In this document: positions 37,668 to 48,336 of the stretch, in pieces
Layout: each line of letters opens with the position of its first letter
Position numbering within the stretch: position 1 is the first letter of the stretch
NCBI GenBank assembly: GCA_030523195.1
Contig: JAUNJC010000001.1
Coordinates: forward strand, 29-64,028
Direction: 5' to 3'
Source of the DNA: Oscillospiraceae bacterium
GTDB taxonomy: Bacteria; Bacillota; Clostridia; Oscillospirales; Ruminococcaceae
DNA: 64,000 nucleotides
Translations under genes and position numbers: made by a program
Notes under the pieces: generated by a model
The model's database searches: none
What the model was told of the DNA's origin: nothing
What the model saw: the letters and a program-made list of their open reading frames with translations, nothing else

Positions 37668-38096
37668 TTAGAAACCGAGTGTACTCAAGACGGACATCAT
37701 TTCCTCCAAATCAACCGCCGCATTCGCAGCGTCCCAACTGGTTCGATCCCAGATTTCCGCCTTATTATTGGCACCAATGACAACAACATCCTTTTCCAGA
37801 CCTGCAAACTGTCTCAAATTCTGTGGAATCAAAATGCGTCCCTGCTTATCTGGAACCACTTCACCGGCACCGGAAAAGAGCCAGCGTTTAATCTGTGCCC
37901 CTTTGGTTTCGGGAATAGCAGCCACCTTTTGTGCCAACTGCTCCCACTCTGTTACAGAATACACGGTCAGGCAATGCGCATCCAGCCCTTTCGTCACATA
38001 AAACGGACTGCCAAGCTGTTCTCGCAGTTTGGTTGGAAAATTCATTCTGCCCTTGGCATCGATGTTATGATAATATGTGCCAATCAGCGAATCCAA
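37668..38096 (-). CDS. mraZ: Transcriptional regulator MraZ
   Basis: TTG start; duplicated D.KGR / DKQGR motifs; EIW; first gene of the dcw cluster. Confidence 0.96.
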   Translation of the reverse strand: MDSLIGTYYHNIDAKGRMNFPTKLREQLGSPFYVTKGLDAHCLTVYSVTEWEQLAQKVAAIPETKGAQIKRWLFSGAGEVVPDKQGRILIPQNLRQFAGLEKDVVVIGANNKAEIWDRTSWDAANAAVDLEEMMSVLSTLGF

Positions 38097-38147
38097 CCTT
38101 GCCGCCGCCCTTTCTATTTGAAATAGGAAAAGTACAGGAAAGGTTGC

Positions 38148-38218
38148 CCACAAAAGGGGAAACTTCCCCACATTTCACCGCATGTTATCATTATACACGA
38201 TTCTGACAAAAAAATCAA
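38148..38218 (-). promoter_or_regulatory. dcw promoter and MraZ-binding repeats
   Basis: TTGATT-N17-TATAAT (38218-38190) followed by TGCGG, TGTGG and TGTGG boxes at offsets 0, 10 and 30 bp. Confidence 0.75.
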
Positions 38219-38389
38219 TAAGAGAACGATGGAAAAAACTAAAAAAATAGCATAAAAAAGATTTATTTTTTTGTGCATTTTGCACAGGCCTGTTCTTTCC
38301 TTCAGAAAACAGGTCAAAAAGAAAGAGAACAGACAAACGTCCATTCTCCTTCTTTTTGCGAAAAACTCGCAATTTATCACATATTACAA

Positions 38390-39589
38390 TTATTCAATCA
38401 CAGCAGTTACAACGCCAGAACCAACTGTTCTACCACCCTCACGGATAGCGAAACGCAAACCTTCTTCAATTGCGATTGGAGCAATCAGTTCAACTGTCAT
38501 TTCAACGTTATCACCCGGTGTGCACATTTCAACATCAGTCGGCAGTGTGATAATGCCTGTTACGTCTGTTGTTCTGAAATAGAACTGCGGTCTGTAGTTG
38601 TTGAAGAACGGTGTATGACGACCGCCTTCTTCCTTCTTCAGAACGTAAACCTGACCCTTAAACTTGGTATGCGGATGAATGGAACCCGGCTTGCAGAGAA
38701 CCTGTCCTCTTTCAACCTGCTGTCTAGTAATACCACGCAGCAGAGCACCGATGTTATCACCAGCTTCTGCAAAGTCCAAAGTCTTTCTGAACATTTCGAT
38801 ACCAGTTACAACAGTAGACAGCTTTTCCGGAGACAGACCAACGATTTCAACGGTTTCGTTGACATTCAGCTTTCCTCTTTCTACACGACCAGTAACAACG
38901 GTACCACGACCAGAAATGGTCATCGTATCTTCGATCGGCATCAGGAACGGCTTTGCATCATCACGTTCTGGAGTCGGAATGTATTCATCTACTGCATCCA
39001 TCAGATCCAGAATCGGCTTATAAGCCGGATCAGACAGATCATCCGGAGCTTCCAGAGCAGCCAGAGCAGAACCAACGATAATCGGAATATCATCGCCCGG
39101 GAATTCATATTCAGACAGGGTCTCACGGATATCCATTTCAACCAGTTCCAGCAGTTCTGGATCATCAACCTGATCAGCCTTGTTCATGAATACAACGATT
39201 GCCGGTACACCTACCTGACGAGCCAGCAGGATGTGCTCCTTGGTCTGTGCCATCGGGCCGTCAGAAGCAGCAACTACCAGAATTGCACCGTCCATCTGAG
39301 CAGCACCTGTGATCATGTTCTTTACATAGTCAGCATGTCCCGGACAGTCAACGTGTGCATAGTGACGCTTGTCAGTTTCATATTCAACGTGTGCAGTATT
39401 GATTGTGATACCACGTTCTCTTTCTTCCGGAGCCTTGTCGATCATATCGTAAGCTTCGAACTGAGCCTGTCCCTTCATTGCCAAGGTCTTTGTAATTGCA
39501 GCAGTCAAAGTTGTCTTACCATGGTCAACGTGACCAATGGTACCAATGTTTACATGGGGTTTGTTTCTTTCAAATTTAGCCTTTGCCAT
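38390..39589 (-). CDS. tuf: Elongation factor Tu
   Basis: [34 protein letters not shown]. Confidence 0.99.
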   Translation of the reverse strand: MAKAKFERNKPHVNIGTIGHVDHGKTTLTAAITKTLAMKGQAQFEAYDMIDKAPEERERGITINTAHVEYETDKRHYAHVDCPGHADYVKNMITGAAQMDGAILVVAASDGPMAQTKEHILLARQVGVPAIVVFMNKADQVDDPELLELVEMDIRETLSEYEFPGDDIPIIVGSALAALEAPDDLSDPAYKPILDLMDAVDEYIPTPERDDAKPFLMPIEDTMTISGRGTVVTGRVERGKLNVNETVEIVGLSPEKLSTVVTGIEMFRKTLDFAEAGDNIGALLRGITRQQVERGQVLCKPGSIHPHTKFKGQVYVLKKEEGGRHTPFFNNYRPQFYFRTTDVTGIITLPTDVEMCTPGDNVEMTVELIAPIAIEEGLRFAIREGGRTVGSGVVTAVIE

Positions 39590-39644
39590 TGGAAAAATCC
39601 TCCTAAAAATTATTCTTACTTATGCCGTAATATGTGATAAGATT

Positions 39645-39673
39645 ATTGTACCAGATTTTCACGAGAAATGCAA
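39645..39673 (-). promoter_or_regulatory. Internal sigma-A promoter of tuf
   Basis: TTGCAT-N17-TACAAT with extended TG. Confidence 0.7.
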
Positions 39674-39726
39674 GTCTTTTTTGAAAAAAAATACAGATTT
39701 TTCTTCTGCACATTTCCAAATATGCA

Positions 39727-41802
39727 TTACTTCTTTCTGGCAGCCATAATCTTTTCAGCAATGTTCTTCGGTACTTCCTGATAGCTATGCGGCTCCATGG
39801 TGTACTGACCACGACCCTGTGTGTTAGAACGCAGGTCATTGGTATAACCGAACATTTCAGACAGCGGCACCAAAGCATCTACCTGCACCGTACCCATTCT
39901 GGTCTCCTGACCCTGAATCTGACCACGGCGAGAACTGAGGTCGCCAATAACTGTACCAACATATTCATCCGGCACAATAACAGAAACCTTCATAATTGGT
40001 TCCATCAAAACCGGCTGTGCCTGCCGCATTGCTTCCTTGAATGCGATAGAACCGGCAATCTTAAATGCCATTTCAGAAGAGTCTACTTCGTGATAAGAAC
40101 CATCATACAGTTCTACAGAAACGTCAACTACCTGATAGCCAGCCAAAATACCTGCCTGCATTGCACCCTGAATACCAGCGTCAACAGCCGGGATATATTC
40201 CTTCGGAATAGAACCGCCGACAACCTTGTTGATGAATTCGTAGCCCTTACCAGATTCGTTCGGCTTCACACGGATCTTAACATGACCGTACTGACCGCTA
40301 CCACCGGACTGCTTCTTATATTTATAATCCACATCGGCATTGCCCTTAATGGTTTCCTTATAGGATACCTGCGGTGCACCAACGTTTGCTTCTACTTTAA
40401 ATTCCCGCAACAGACGATCTACAATGATATCCAAGTGCAGCTCGCCCATACCTGCGATAATCGTCTGACCGGTTTCTTCGTCTGTATAGGTCTTGAAGGT
40501 CGGGTCTTCTTCTGCCAGTTTTGCCAGAGCAATTCCCATCTTTTCCTGACCTGCCTTGGTCTTCGGCTCAATTGCGAGCTGAATAACTGGCTCTGGAAAT
40601 TCCATGGATTCCAGAATAATCGGATTCTTTTCATCGCAGAGCGTATCACCAGTTGTGGTATTCTTCAGACCAACCGCAGCAGCGATATCACCAGCGTAAA
40701 CATTTTCGATATCCTTTCTGTGATTGGAGTGCATCTGCAAGATACGGCCCATTCTCTCTCTATTATCCTTGGTAGCATTCAATACAGTAGAACCTGCTGT
40801 TACCACACCGGAATAAACACGGAAGAAACACAACTTTCCAACAAACGGGTCTGTTGCGATCTTAAATGCCAGAGCGGAGAACGGTTCTGCATCAGAAGAA
40901 TGACGGCATTCTTCCTCACCGGTATCTGGATTCGTGCCCTTAATCGCTGGTACATCCAACGGAGACGGCATATAATCTACAATCGCATCCAACAGTTTCT
41001 GTACGCCCTTATTCTTATAAGAAGTACCGCAAACAACAGGAACCATCGTATTGGCAATGGTAGATTTCCGAATACAAGCCTTGATTTCATCAATGGTGAT
41101 TTCTTCTTCTGCGAAGTACTTTTCCATCAATGCATCGTCCTGCTCTGCAACGTGTTCCATCAGGGAAGCACGATATTCCTCTGCCTTTTCCTTCATATCG
41201 TCCGGAATTTCTTCCACACGAATATCTTTTCCAAGGTCATCATAATAAACATATGCCTTCATTTCAACGAGGTCAATAATCCCCTTGAAATCGCTTTCCG
41301 AACCAATCGGCAGCTGAATCGGCACTGCATTACACTTCAATCTGTCGTGCATCATTTCTACGACACGATAGAAATTTGCACCCATGATGTCCATCTTATT
41401 GACATAAGCCATTCTCGGAACGTGATATTTATCAGCCTGTCTCCAAACAGTTTCAGACTGCGGTTCTACGCCGCCCTTTGCACAAAACACGGTAACGGAA
41501 CCATCCAACACACGCAGAGAACGTTCTACTTCTACTGTAAAGTCAACGTGTCCCGGTGTATCAATGATGTTGATTCTGTGACCGCCCCAATATGCGGTAG
41601 TTGCAGCGGAGGTAATGGTAATGCCTCTTTCCTTTTCCTGTTCCATCCAGTCCATCGTAGATGCACCTTCATGGGTTTCACCGATCTTATGGTTGATTCC
41701 CGTATAGAACAGGATACGCTCCGTGGTAGTGGTTTTACCAGCATCAATGTGTGCCATGATGCCGATATTTCTTGTATTTTCCAGGGAACAATCTCTTGCC
41801 AT
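39727..41802 (-). CDS. fusA: Elongation factor G
   Basis: [37 protein letters not shown]. Confidence 0.99.
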   Translation of the reverse strand: MARDCSLENTRNIGIMAHIDAGKTTTTERILFYTGINHKIGETHEGASTMDWMEQEKERGITITSAATTAYWGGHRINIIDTPGHVDFTVEVERSLRVLDGSVTVFCAKGGVEPQSETVWRQADKYHVPRMAYVNKMDIMGANFYRVVEMMHDRLKCNAVPIQLPIGSESDFKGIIDLVEMKAYVYYDDLGKDIRVEEIPDDMKEKAEEYRASLMEHVAEQDDALMEKYFAEEEITIDEIKACIRKSTIANTMVPVVCGTSYKNKGVQKLLDAIVDYMPSPLDVPAIKGTNPDTGEEECRHSSDAEPFSALAFKIATDPFVGKLCFFRVYSGVVTAGSTVLNATKDNRERMGRILQMHSNHRKDIENVYAGDIAAAVGLKNTTTGDTLCDEKNPIILESMEFPEPVIQLAIEPKTKAGQEKMGIALAKLAEEDPTFKTYTDEETGQTIIAGMGELHLDIIVDRLLREFKVEANVGAPQVSYKETIKGNADVDYKYKKQSGGSGQYGHVKIRVKPNESGKGYEFINKVVGGSIPKEYIPAVDAGIQGAMQAGILAGYQVVDVSVELYDGSYHEVDSSEMAFKIAGSIAFKEAMRQAQPVLMEPIMKVSVIVPDEYVGTVIGDLSSRRGQIQGQETRMGTVQVDALVPLSEMFGYTNDLRSNTQGRGQYTMEPHSYQEVPKNIAEKIMAARKK

Positions 41803-41838
41803 AGTAATCCTCCTATTTCTCTTACAAAGGCAGTGTGA

Positions 41839-42309
41839 TTACCAACGATAGTGTGCAAACGCCTTGTTTGCTTCTGCCATCTTATGGGTATCGTCACGCT
41901 TCTTGCATGCACCGCCAGTATTGTTCAGTGCATCAAGGATTTCTCCTGCAAGACGTTCCTTCATTGTCTTTTCGTTCCGCAGTCTAGCATACTTGGTGAT
42001 CCAACGAAGGCCCAATGTCTGCCGACGCTCTGGACGAACTTCCATTGGAACCTGATAGGTTGCACCGCCCATACGGCGAGCCTTTACTTCCAGAACCGGC
42101 ATTACATTTTCCATAGCCTGTTCAAACATTTCCAATGCTTCCTTGCCAGTCTTTTCCGAAACGATATCAAATGCACCGTAAACTATTTTCTGTGCAACGC
42201 CCTTCTTTCCGTCAATCATCACATTGTTGATCAGACGGGTTACGAGCTTGGATTTGTAAATCGGATCCTCCAGCACGTCACGTTTTGCGATTTTACCTCT
42301 TCTTGGCAT
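41839..42309 (-). CDS. rpsG: 30S ribosomal protein S7
   Basis: [31 protein letters not shown]. Confidence 0.99.
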   Translation of the reverse strand: MPRRGKIAKRDVLEDPIYKSKLVTRLINNVMIDGKKGVAQKIVYGAFDIVSEKTGKEALEMFEQAMENVMPVLEVKARRMGGATYQVPMEVRPERRQTLGLRWITKYARLRNEKTMKERLAGEILDALNNTGGACKKRDDTHKMAEANKAFAHYRW

Positions 42310-42515
42310 TTTCGCTTCCCTCCTTCACATTATTTGCTTGCTTTCGGCAATTTATGCCGTCTTGCGTGAATTCACAGGTACTCGTTCAGGCAAGTTTCCA
42401 CTTGCCGACCGTCAGAAGCCAGTGCAGAGGATCGCTGTCCCTTCGGACATCTATATGATCTCCACATGCTTCCTGTGGTAGTTGTAATTCCTGTTTTGAA
42501 TGATTTGGCTTTGGC

Positions 42516-42938
42516 TTACTTCTTGCCAGCCTTTGGTCTCTTTGCACCATACTTGGAACGAGCCTGCATTCTGTTAGCAACGCCCTGTGCATCCAGAGTA
42601 CCTCTGATAATGTGGTAACGAACACCCGGCAGATCCTTAACACGGCCGCCACGGATCAAAACCACGCTGTGTTCCTGCAAGTTGTGCCCAATACCCGGAA
42701 TATACGAAGTTACTTCGTAACCATTGGTCAGCTTAACTCTGGCGATTTTCCGCATTGCAGAGTTCGGCTTTTTCGGTGTAGCGGTACGAACAGCAGTGCA
42801 GACGCCTCTTTTCTGCGGTGAACTCTGATTGGTTGTTACCTTCTTCTTTGCATTGTAACCCTTTTGCAGAGCCGGTGCAGTGGACTTAACTGCCTGAACC
42901 TTTCTTCCCTTACGGACTAACTGGTTAAACGTTGGCAT
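42516..42938 (-). CDS. rpsL: 30S ribosomal protein S12
   Basis: [29 protein letters not shown]. Confidence 0.99.
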   Translation of the reverse strand: MPTFNQLVRKGRKVQAVKSTAPALQKGYNAKKKVTTNQSSPQKRGVCTAVRTATPKKPNSAMRKIARVKLTNGYEVTSYIPGIGHNLQEHSVVLIRGGRVKDLPGVRYHIIRGTLDAQGVANRMQARSKYGAKRPKAGKK

Positions 42939-42995
42939 ATGTTTCCTCCTTTTCTGATTTTACTTTTTTCATGCGGCAATGCCACACAGTTAATC

Positions 42996-43024
42996 ATTAT
43001 AATACAACGATGTTTTCCTGTCAA
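42996..43024 (-). promoter_or_regulatory. Sigma-A promoter of the str operon
   Basis: Perfect TTGACA-N17-TATAAT on the minus strand. Confidence 0.9.
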
Positions 43025-43071
43025 GTTGATTTTTCAAAAATTAACAAACTTTTTTCATTTTCACCGTATTT

Positions 43072-44379
43072 TCAAATTTCCAATCCAGCGGAACGTCTTG
43101 CATAAACAGTCAGCACAGCAACAGCATCCTCGACCTGAATGCTGCCATTCTGATCATAATCCGCAGCAATTTTTTGCCGATCGGACAACTGATTTTGCAA
43201 TCCGGCACAACTTCTTGCATAAACGGTCAAAATCAAAACAGCATCCTCCACCATAACATTCGCATCCTCATCGACATCTCCATACAGCACTGGCAGTGCA
43301 ACGAATGCTCTTTCATAGCTATCTGCATAGGCTTTCACAGAACTGTTATCTTCTGATACAATAATTGTCTGTTCGGGCAAAGTAGTTTCTGTCTGAAACA
43401 ACATACAATTTGCATTCTTCAACACAATCTGCTGTAAATTATCGCAATCTGCAAACGCATCCTGCTCAATCTTATAAACATGCTCGGAAAGGATAATACT
43501 TCCAAGTGCGGTGCAGCCTTGAAATGCCACAGTAGCAATTTTCTCCACAGAATCGGGAAATTGAATTTTCCTCAATGACACACAGTGATAAAATAAGCCT
43601 GCACTGATTTCTTTCAGCTTGTTGGGCAAACGAACCGTTTGAAGGGCAGAACATTGGTAGAATGCCCGTTCTCCGATCTCAGTCACACTATCTGGTATTG
43701 TGATCTGCTGAAGCTGTTTACACTCAAAAAATGCATTGGGACCGATAAACTGCAACCCCATTGGCAATTGGATTTCCTGTATCTTTCGACAGCCTGCAAA
43801 AGCATAGGCGTTCAGTGCAATCAAAGATTCCGGTAACTGCACAGACTGTATCATCATATTTTTCTCAAATGCAAAACCAGCAATCTTCCGCACACCTTTT
43901 GGAACAGAAATGTTTTCTGACGTGCCTTTGTATGCAATGAGAATTTGATTGCCAATAATCACATATTCTCCTTCTTGTGCCGTCAGCCAAGGCGTATCTG
44001 ACAAAATTCCCCAACCTACATTCTGTAAAGTAACTGGAATTTTTACAGTCTCCAACCGGCTGCAATTCAAAAAAGCGTAGTTTCCAATCTCCTGTAAAGA
44101 GTCCGGCAAAACAATCGCCTGTAACCGGGTATGATCCAAAAATGCATAATCTCCAATCTGTGTAACGGCAATGCCATCAATTTCAGATGGAATTTGAATT
44201 TCAGAAAGGGAGGCTTTGGCACCAGTAATCCGAATCGTGTTCTGTTCTGTCACTTCATAGTAAATGCCATCATCTGTTTGCAGCGTGTCTTCTGCATACA
44301 CTAGCATTATATTTCTATCATAAAAACAGCTATAAACAAACAGCAGCATAGCCATTCCAAACTGCACAATTCTTCTCAT
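43072..44379 (-). CDS. Secreted BspA-type leucine-rich repeat protein with C-terminal dockerin
   Basis: Signal peptide; repeated L..I.LP.SL..IG..AF..C units; C-terminal YGDVDED...VEDAV and AADYDQNG...VEDAV dockerin pair. Confidence 0.88.
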   Translation of the reverse strand: MRRIVQFGMAMLLFVYSCFYDRNIMLVYAEDTLQTDDGIYYEVTEQNTIRITGAKASLSEIQIPSEIDGIAVTQIGDYAFLDHTRLQAIVLPDSLQEIGNYAFLNCSRLETVKIPVTLQNVGWGILSDTPWLTAQEGEYVIIGNQILIAYKGTSENISVPKGVRKIAGFAFEKNMMIQSVQLPESLIALNAYAFAGCRKIQEIQLPMGLQFIGPNAFFECKQLQQITIPDSVTEIGERAFYQCSALQTVRLPNKLKEISAGLFYHCVSLRKIQFPDSVEKIATVAFQGCTALGSIILSEHVYKIEQDAFADCDNLQQIVLKNANCMLFQTETTLPEQTIIVSEDNSSVKAYADSYERAFVALPVLYGDVDEDANVMVEDAVLILTVYARSCAGLQNQLSDRQKIAADYDQNGSIQVEDAVAVLTVYARRSAGLEI

Positions 44380-44395
44380 AGTATGAATTCCTTTT

Positions 44396-45208
44396 CTATT
44401 CTTGTAAATCTGGCAGCTGCAAAATATTACAAATCGTTCGCACCACACCGTTTTCTGTATTGGCTGGTGCAAGAAAACGAGCATGCTGTTGCACTTCTTT
44501 GCTCGCCTGTTTCATTGCATAGCTATAATATGCCTGCGAAAACATAGAAACATCATTTTGATAATCGCCGAACACCATCGTTTCCATGGGTGTCACATGC
44601 AGCATTTGCTGTAATTTTGCGACTGCATTTCCTTTGCTGACCCCTTTACACATCATATCCATCCATACATTTCCAGAAATTACAAGTTCATAATCCCTGC
44701 CAAATTTGCTGTTCAAAATGGGATACAACATTTTTTCTGGTCCATCCATTACGCAAAGGGCAATTTTAATAATCGGATCGGTAATCTGATAGAGATCTGC
44801 ATAAGCCATATCTGTAAACTGCACATAAAAATTGGAAATCTCTTTTTGAAATTGTGCTTTTGCCGTATTTGGATAATAAATGCCCTCTATTCCACATAAT
44901 ACTGGTACTGCATTCGACAGTTGTTGACAAATATCCAACACTGCATGTACAACAGAAAATGGCATACACTGATAAACAGGCGGCTGCCCCGGTATGCGGA
45001 CATGTGCACCATTATCACAAATCAGCAGTAGAGAATCCGTTTTCTCCTGAAAAAGGGTCTGTAAAGCTGGATAAGATCGCCCACTTGCCACTGCAAAGGC
45101 AACATTTTTTTCTGTCAACACCTCTAAAAGTCTTGGAAATTCCACCGGCAATCGTTTCTCATCGTCCAAAAGTGTCCCATCCATATCGGTTGCGATCAAT
45201 TTCACCAT
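44396..45208 (-). CDS. Cof-type HAD-IIB hydrolase
   Basis: DMDGTLL, ASGR, NGA, SKG, FGD..ND.SM. Confidence 0.93.
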   Translation of the reverse strand: MVKLIATDMDGTLLDDEKRLPVEFPRLLEVLTEKNVAFAVASGRSYPALQTLFQEKTDSLLLICDNGAHVRIPGQPPVYQCMPFSVVHAVLDICQQLSNAVPVLCGIEGIYYPNTAKAQFQKEISNFYVQFTDMAYADLYQITDPIIKIALCVMDGPEKMLYPILNSKFGRDYELVISGNVWMDMMCKGVSKGNAVAKLQQMLHVTPMETMVFGDYQNDVSMFSQAYYSYAMKQASKEVQQHARFLAPANTENGVVRTICNILQLPDLQE

Positions 45209-45323
45209 ATATTTTCAACCTCTTTTCTTTTTTACAAGAATAGTATAACACAGCTAAAGCAAACAAACAAGCCTTATTTATAATTTTTCCAAAAAATCTG
45301 CGAGTCATTCCGATAAAAAATAC

Positions 45324-45352
45324 TTGACAAATACCCTATAGGGGTATATAAT
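45324..45352 (+). promoter_or_regulatory. csoR-copA promoter with CsoR operator in the spacer
   Basis: TTGACA-N17-TATAAT enclosing the pseudo-palindrome ATACCCTATAGGGGTAT (45331-45347). Confidence 0.9.
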
Positions 45353-45382
45353 GAGAGTATCACCGAAATGGAGGCAGATACA

Positions 45383-45697
45383 ATGAAAAAGGATACAAAA
45401 GAAACATGTCCTTGCTGTCACAAGCAGAAAATTCGTTCTGAAGAAGAATACACAAAACTCATTCACCGGCTGAATCGCATTGAAGGACAAATTCGAGGCA
45501 TTCGTGGAATGGTAGAAAAAAATGCATACTGTCCAGATATTCTGATACAAGTTTCCGCCGTCAATGCTGCCCTTCACGCCTTTAATCGAGAACTGCTGGA
45601 ACAGCACATCCGAACTTGTGTCGTACAAGATATCCAAAACGGCAATGAAGAAATCATTGACGAATTGGTGACAACGCTGCAAAGGCTGATGAAATAA
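45383..45697 (+). CDS. csoR: Copper-sensing repressor CsoR
   Basis: RLNRIEGQIRGI..MV, YC.DIL.Q, H...CV (Cys-His-Cys ligands). Confidence 0.93.
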   Translation: MKKDTKETCPCCHKQKIRSEEEYTKLIHRLNRIEGQIRGIRGMVEKNAYCPDILIQVSAVNAALHAFNRELLEQHIRTCVVQDIQNGNEEIIDELVTTLQRLMK

Positions 45698-45742
45698 ATT
45701 TTTTTGCATAAAATATGACAGGATACAAAAAGGAGGTTTCTC

Positions 45743-48247
45743 ATGAAAAAAGAACGCTATTCCGTCACAGGCATGACGTGCAGTGCTTGCAGTGCCCATG
45801 TACAAAAAGCAGTTGCCGCCGTAAATGGCGTACAGTCTGTACAGGTCAATCTGCTGCAAAACAATATGACAGTGGAATTTGATGAAGCAGCCGTAACACC
45901 AGACGCTATTTTTTCAGCAGTCAAAAAAGCCGGTTATGGTGCAATGCCCTTACAAATGAACAACACATCCGCTGCTAATCCGACGCCCATTGTCTCACAT
46001 CATGCGGAACGAAACCGATTAATCTGGTCGATTATCTTTTTAATTCCGCTGTTCTATATCGGAATGGGACACATGATTGGATTTCCCCTGCCATCTTTTC
46101 TACAGGGACATAGCAGTATAATGCTAATTGCCTTAATCGAACTAATTTTAGTAATTCCCATTCTCTTTTTGAATCGAACCTATTTCATCAAGGGAACAAC
46201 TTCCCTGCTCCATGGTGCCCCTACCATGGATACCCTGATTGCACTGGGTTCCGCCGCTTCCTTTTGCTACAGTCTTTATGCCACATTCGCCATTGCCTAT
46301 GACATTGGAAAAATGGATATGGATGCAGCACACAGTCACATGAATCAACTTTATTATGAATCCGCTGGTATGATTTTAACACTCATTTCACTCGGAAAAT
46401 TTTTAGAAGCACGCTCAAAAGCAAAAACAACGGATGCCATTTCTTCTCTGGTCAAACTGACGCCACAAACGGCTCTGGTTCGACGAAACGGCATAGAACA
46501 GGAAATCCCAACTGCTTCGATTCAGGTGGGCGATACCATTTTAGTAAAAACCGGTGCGGCGATTCCGGCAGACGGCACAGTACTCACTGGACAAGGTTCT
46601 GTAGATGAATCCGCTTTAACTGGAGAAAGCCTGCCAGTCGAAAAACAATCCGGTGACCGCATTCTCAGTGCAACAGTCTGCCGTTCCGGCTATCTCGAAT
46701 ACCGTGCTGAACAAGTTGGTGCTGACACGACCCTTTCTCAAATTATCAAACTGGTGGAAGAAGCAGGCAGTTCTAAAGCACCAATTGCTCGTCTGGCTGA
46801 TAAAATCAGCGGTGTATTTGTACCAATTGTCATTGGCATTGCCATCATCACACTAATCGTTTGGCTGCTCACTGGAAACCCGTTTCATATGGCACTGAAA
46901 GCCGCCGTATCCGTACTAGTTATCTCCTGCCCGTGTGCCCTCGGACTCGCTACCCCGACTGCCATTATGGTTGGAACGGGACAGGGTGCAAAAAATGGCG
47001 TTCTCATCAAATCCGCAGAAAGTCTAGAAACGGCACACAGTGTGAAAACCGTAGTACTAGACAAGACCGGCACACTGACAGAGGGCGTACCAACGGTTAT
47101 GGATGTTTTGCCAGAAGAAACGGTTTCTGCTGATCAATTGTTATCCATTGCCTATGCACTGGAACAACCATCCGAACATCCGCTTGCAGCTGCCATTGTC
47201 ACCCACTGTAAAACAAACACAATACCATTGCAAGCCGTAGAACAATTCACACAAATTGCTGGACAAGGCGTTTCCGGTATCGTCAATGGCATACCCTGTC
47301 TTGGCGGCAACCGCAAAATGATGCAGGAAAACGATATCTCTCTTCCGGAATCCGCCAAATCCGATGTATTTGCAAAAGAAGGGAAAACCCCACTTTACTT
47401 TGCTGCAAATGGAAAACTGCTTGGCATTCTGACTGCAGCCGATCCCATTCGGCAAACTAGCCGTAACGCAGTGGCTGCTATGCAGAAAATGGGCTTGGAT
47501 GTCATTCTTCTAACAGGTAACAATCAACTGACCGCAGAAGCCATTGCCAAACAAGCCGGCATTCCTCATGTGATTGCAGAAGTTTTACCGCAAGATAAAG
47601 CAATGCAAATAAAACAACTACAAGCAAAAGGCAAAAAAACGGCTATGATTGGTGACGGCATCAATGATGCACCCGCACTAGCACAGGCGGATGTCGGCAT
47701 TGCGATTGGAGCTGGAACAGATGCGGCAATTGCTTCTGCGGACATTGTACTGATGCGAAATAATTTACAGGATGCTGTCACTGCGATTCAACTGAGCCGT
47801 GCCACCATTCGCAATATTAAGCAAAATCTATTCTGGGCATTTATCTATAATCTTATTGGCATTCCAATTGCTGCTGGTGTCTTCTATCCAATATTAGGTT
47901 GGGAGTTAAATCCCATGTTCGGAGCCGCTGCCATGAGTTTCAGTTCTATTTTTGTAGTTGGAAACGCATTGCGTCTGCGGCGATTCCGACCATTTGGAAT
48001 GAAACAGATAACAACTCCACCAACACAAGGCTCTATAGACAAAGAAATCACCATACAGATTAAAGGCATGATGTGCGAACACTGCGTGGCTGCTGTCACA
48101 AAAGCACTGCAAAAACTGGAGGATGTAGAAACGGTACGTGTTGTGCTGTCAGAAAATCGTGCTTATCTGAAGGGGAATGTTTCCGACTCTGCCATTCGGC
48201 AGACAATTCAAGAAGCTGGATATCAAGTGAAAATGATTCAACGATAA
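45743..48247 (+). CDS. copA: Copper-translocating P1B-type ATPase
   Basis: HMA GMTCSAC, TGES, CPC, DKTGT, HP, GDGIND, YN, MSFSS; extra C-terminal HMA (GMMCEHC). Confidence 0.95.
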   Translation: MKKERYSVTGMTCSACSAHVQKAVAAVNGVQSVQVNLLQNNMTVEFDEAAVTPDAIFSAVKKAGYGAMPLQMNNTSAANPTPIVSHHAERNRLIWSIIFLIPLFYIGMGHMIGFPLPSFLQGHSSIMLIALIELILVIPILFLNRTYFIKGTTSLLHGAPTMDTLIALGSAASFCYSLYATFAIAYDIGKMDMDAAHSHMNQLYYESAGMILTLISLGKFLEARSKAKTTDAISSLVKLTPQTALVRRNGIEQEIPTASIQVGDTILVKTGAAIPADGTVLTGQGSVDESALTGESLPVEKQSGDRILSATVCRSGYLEYRAEQVGADTTLSQIIKLVEEAGSSKAPIARLADKISGVFVPIVIGIAIITLIVWLLTGNPFHMALKAAVSVLVISCPCALGLATPTAIMVGTGQGAKNGVLIKSAESLETAHSVKTVVLDKTGTLTEGVPTVMDVLPEETVSADQLLSIAYALEQPSEHPLAAAIVTHCKTNTIPLQAVEQFTQIAGQGVSGIVNGIPCLGGNRKMMQENDISLPESAKSDVFAKEGKTPLYFAANGKLLGILTAADPIRQTSRNAVAAMQKMGLDVILLTGNNQLTAEAIAKQAGIPHVIAEVLPQDKAMQIKQLQAKGKKTAMIGDGINDAPALAQADVGIAIGAGTDAAIASADIVLMRNNLQDAVTAIQLSRATIRNIKQNLFWAFIYNLIGIPIAAGVFYPILGWELNPMFGAAAMSFSSIFVVGNALRLRRFRPFGMKQITTPPTQGSIDKEITIQIKGMMCEHCVAAVTKALQKLEDVETVRVVLSENRAYLKGNVSDSAIRQTIQEAGYQVKMIQR

Positions 48248-48269
48248 TATTCGATCATGCTGTATAGAC

Positions 48270-48310
48270 AAAAAAAGACGGTCTGTTTTCCATAAACAAA
48301 CCGTCTTTTT
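48270..48310. terminator. Bidirectional terminator between convergent copA and CPBP genes
   Basis: AAAAAAGACGG...CCGTCTTTTT. Confidence 0.8.
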
Positions 48311-48336
48311 GTTGTTTCTATCATAAACTATAACTG

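Noticed and set aside
38273-39637. 454-aa ORF on + antisense to tuf
   Set aside because: Same codon-bias shadow effect as for fusA.
39787-41838. 683-aa ORF on + antisense to fusA
   Set aside because: It is in register with fusA codons. Such stop-free antisense frames arise from biased codon use in highly expressed genes. No recognisable domain.
42516-42938. Streptomycin-resistance allele of rpsL
   Set aside because: The PKKPNSA and RVKDLPG lysines are wild type.
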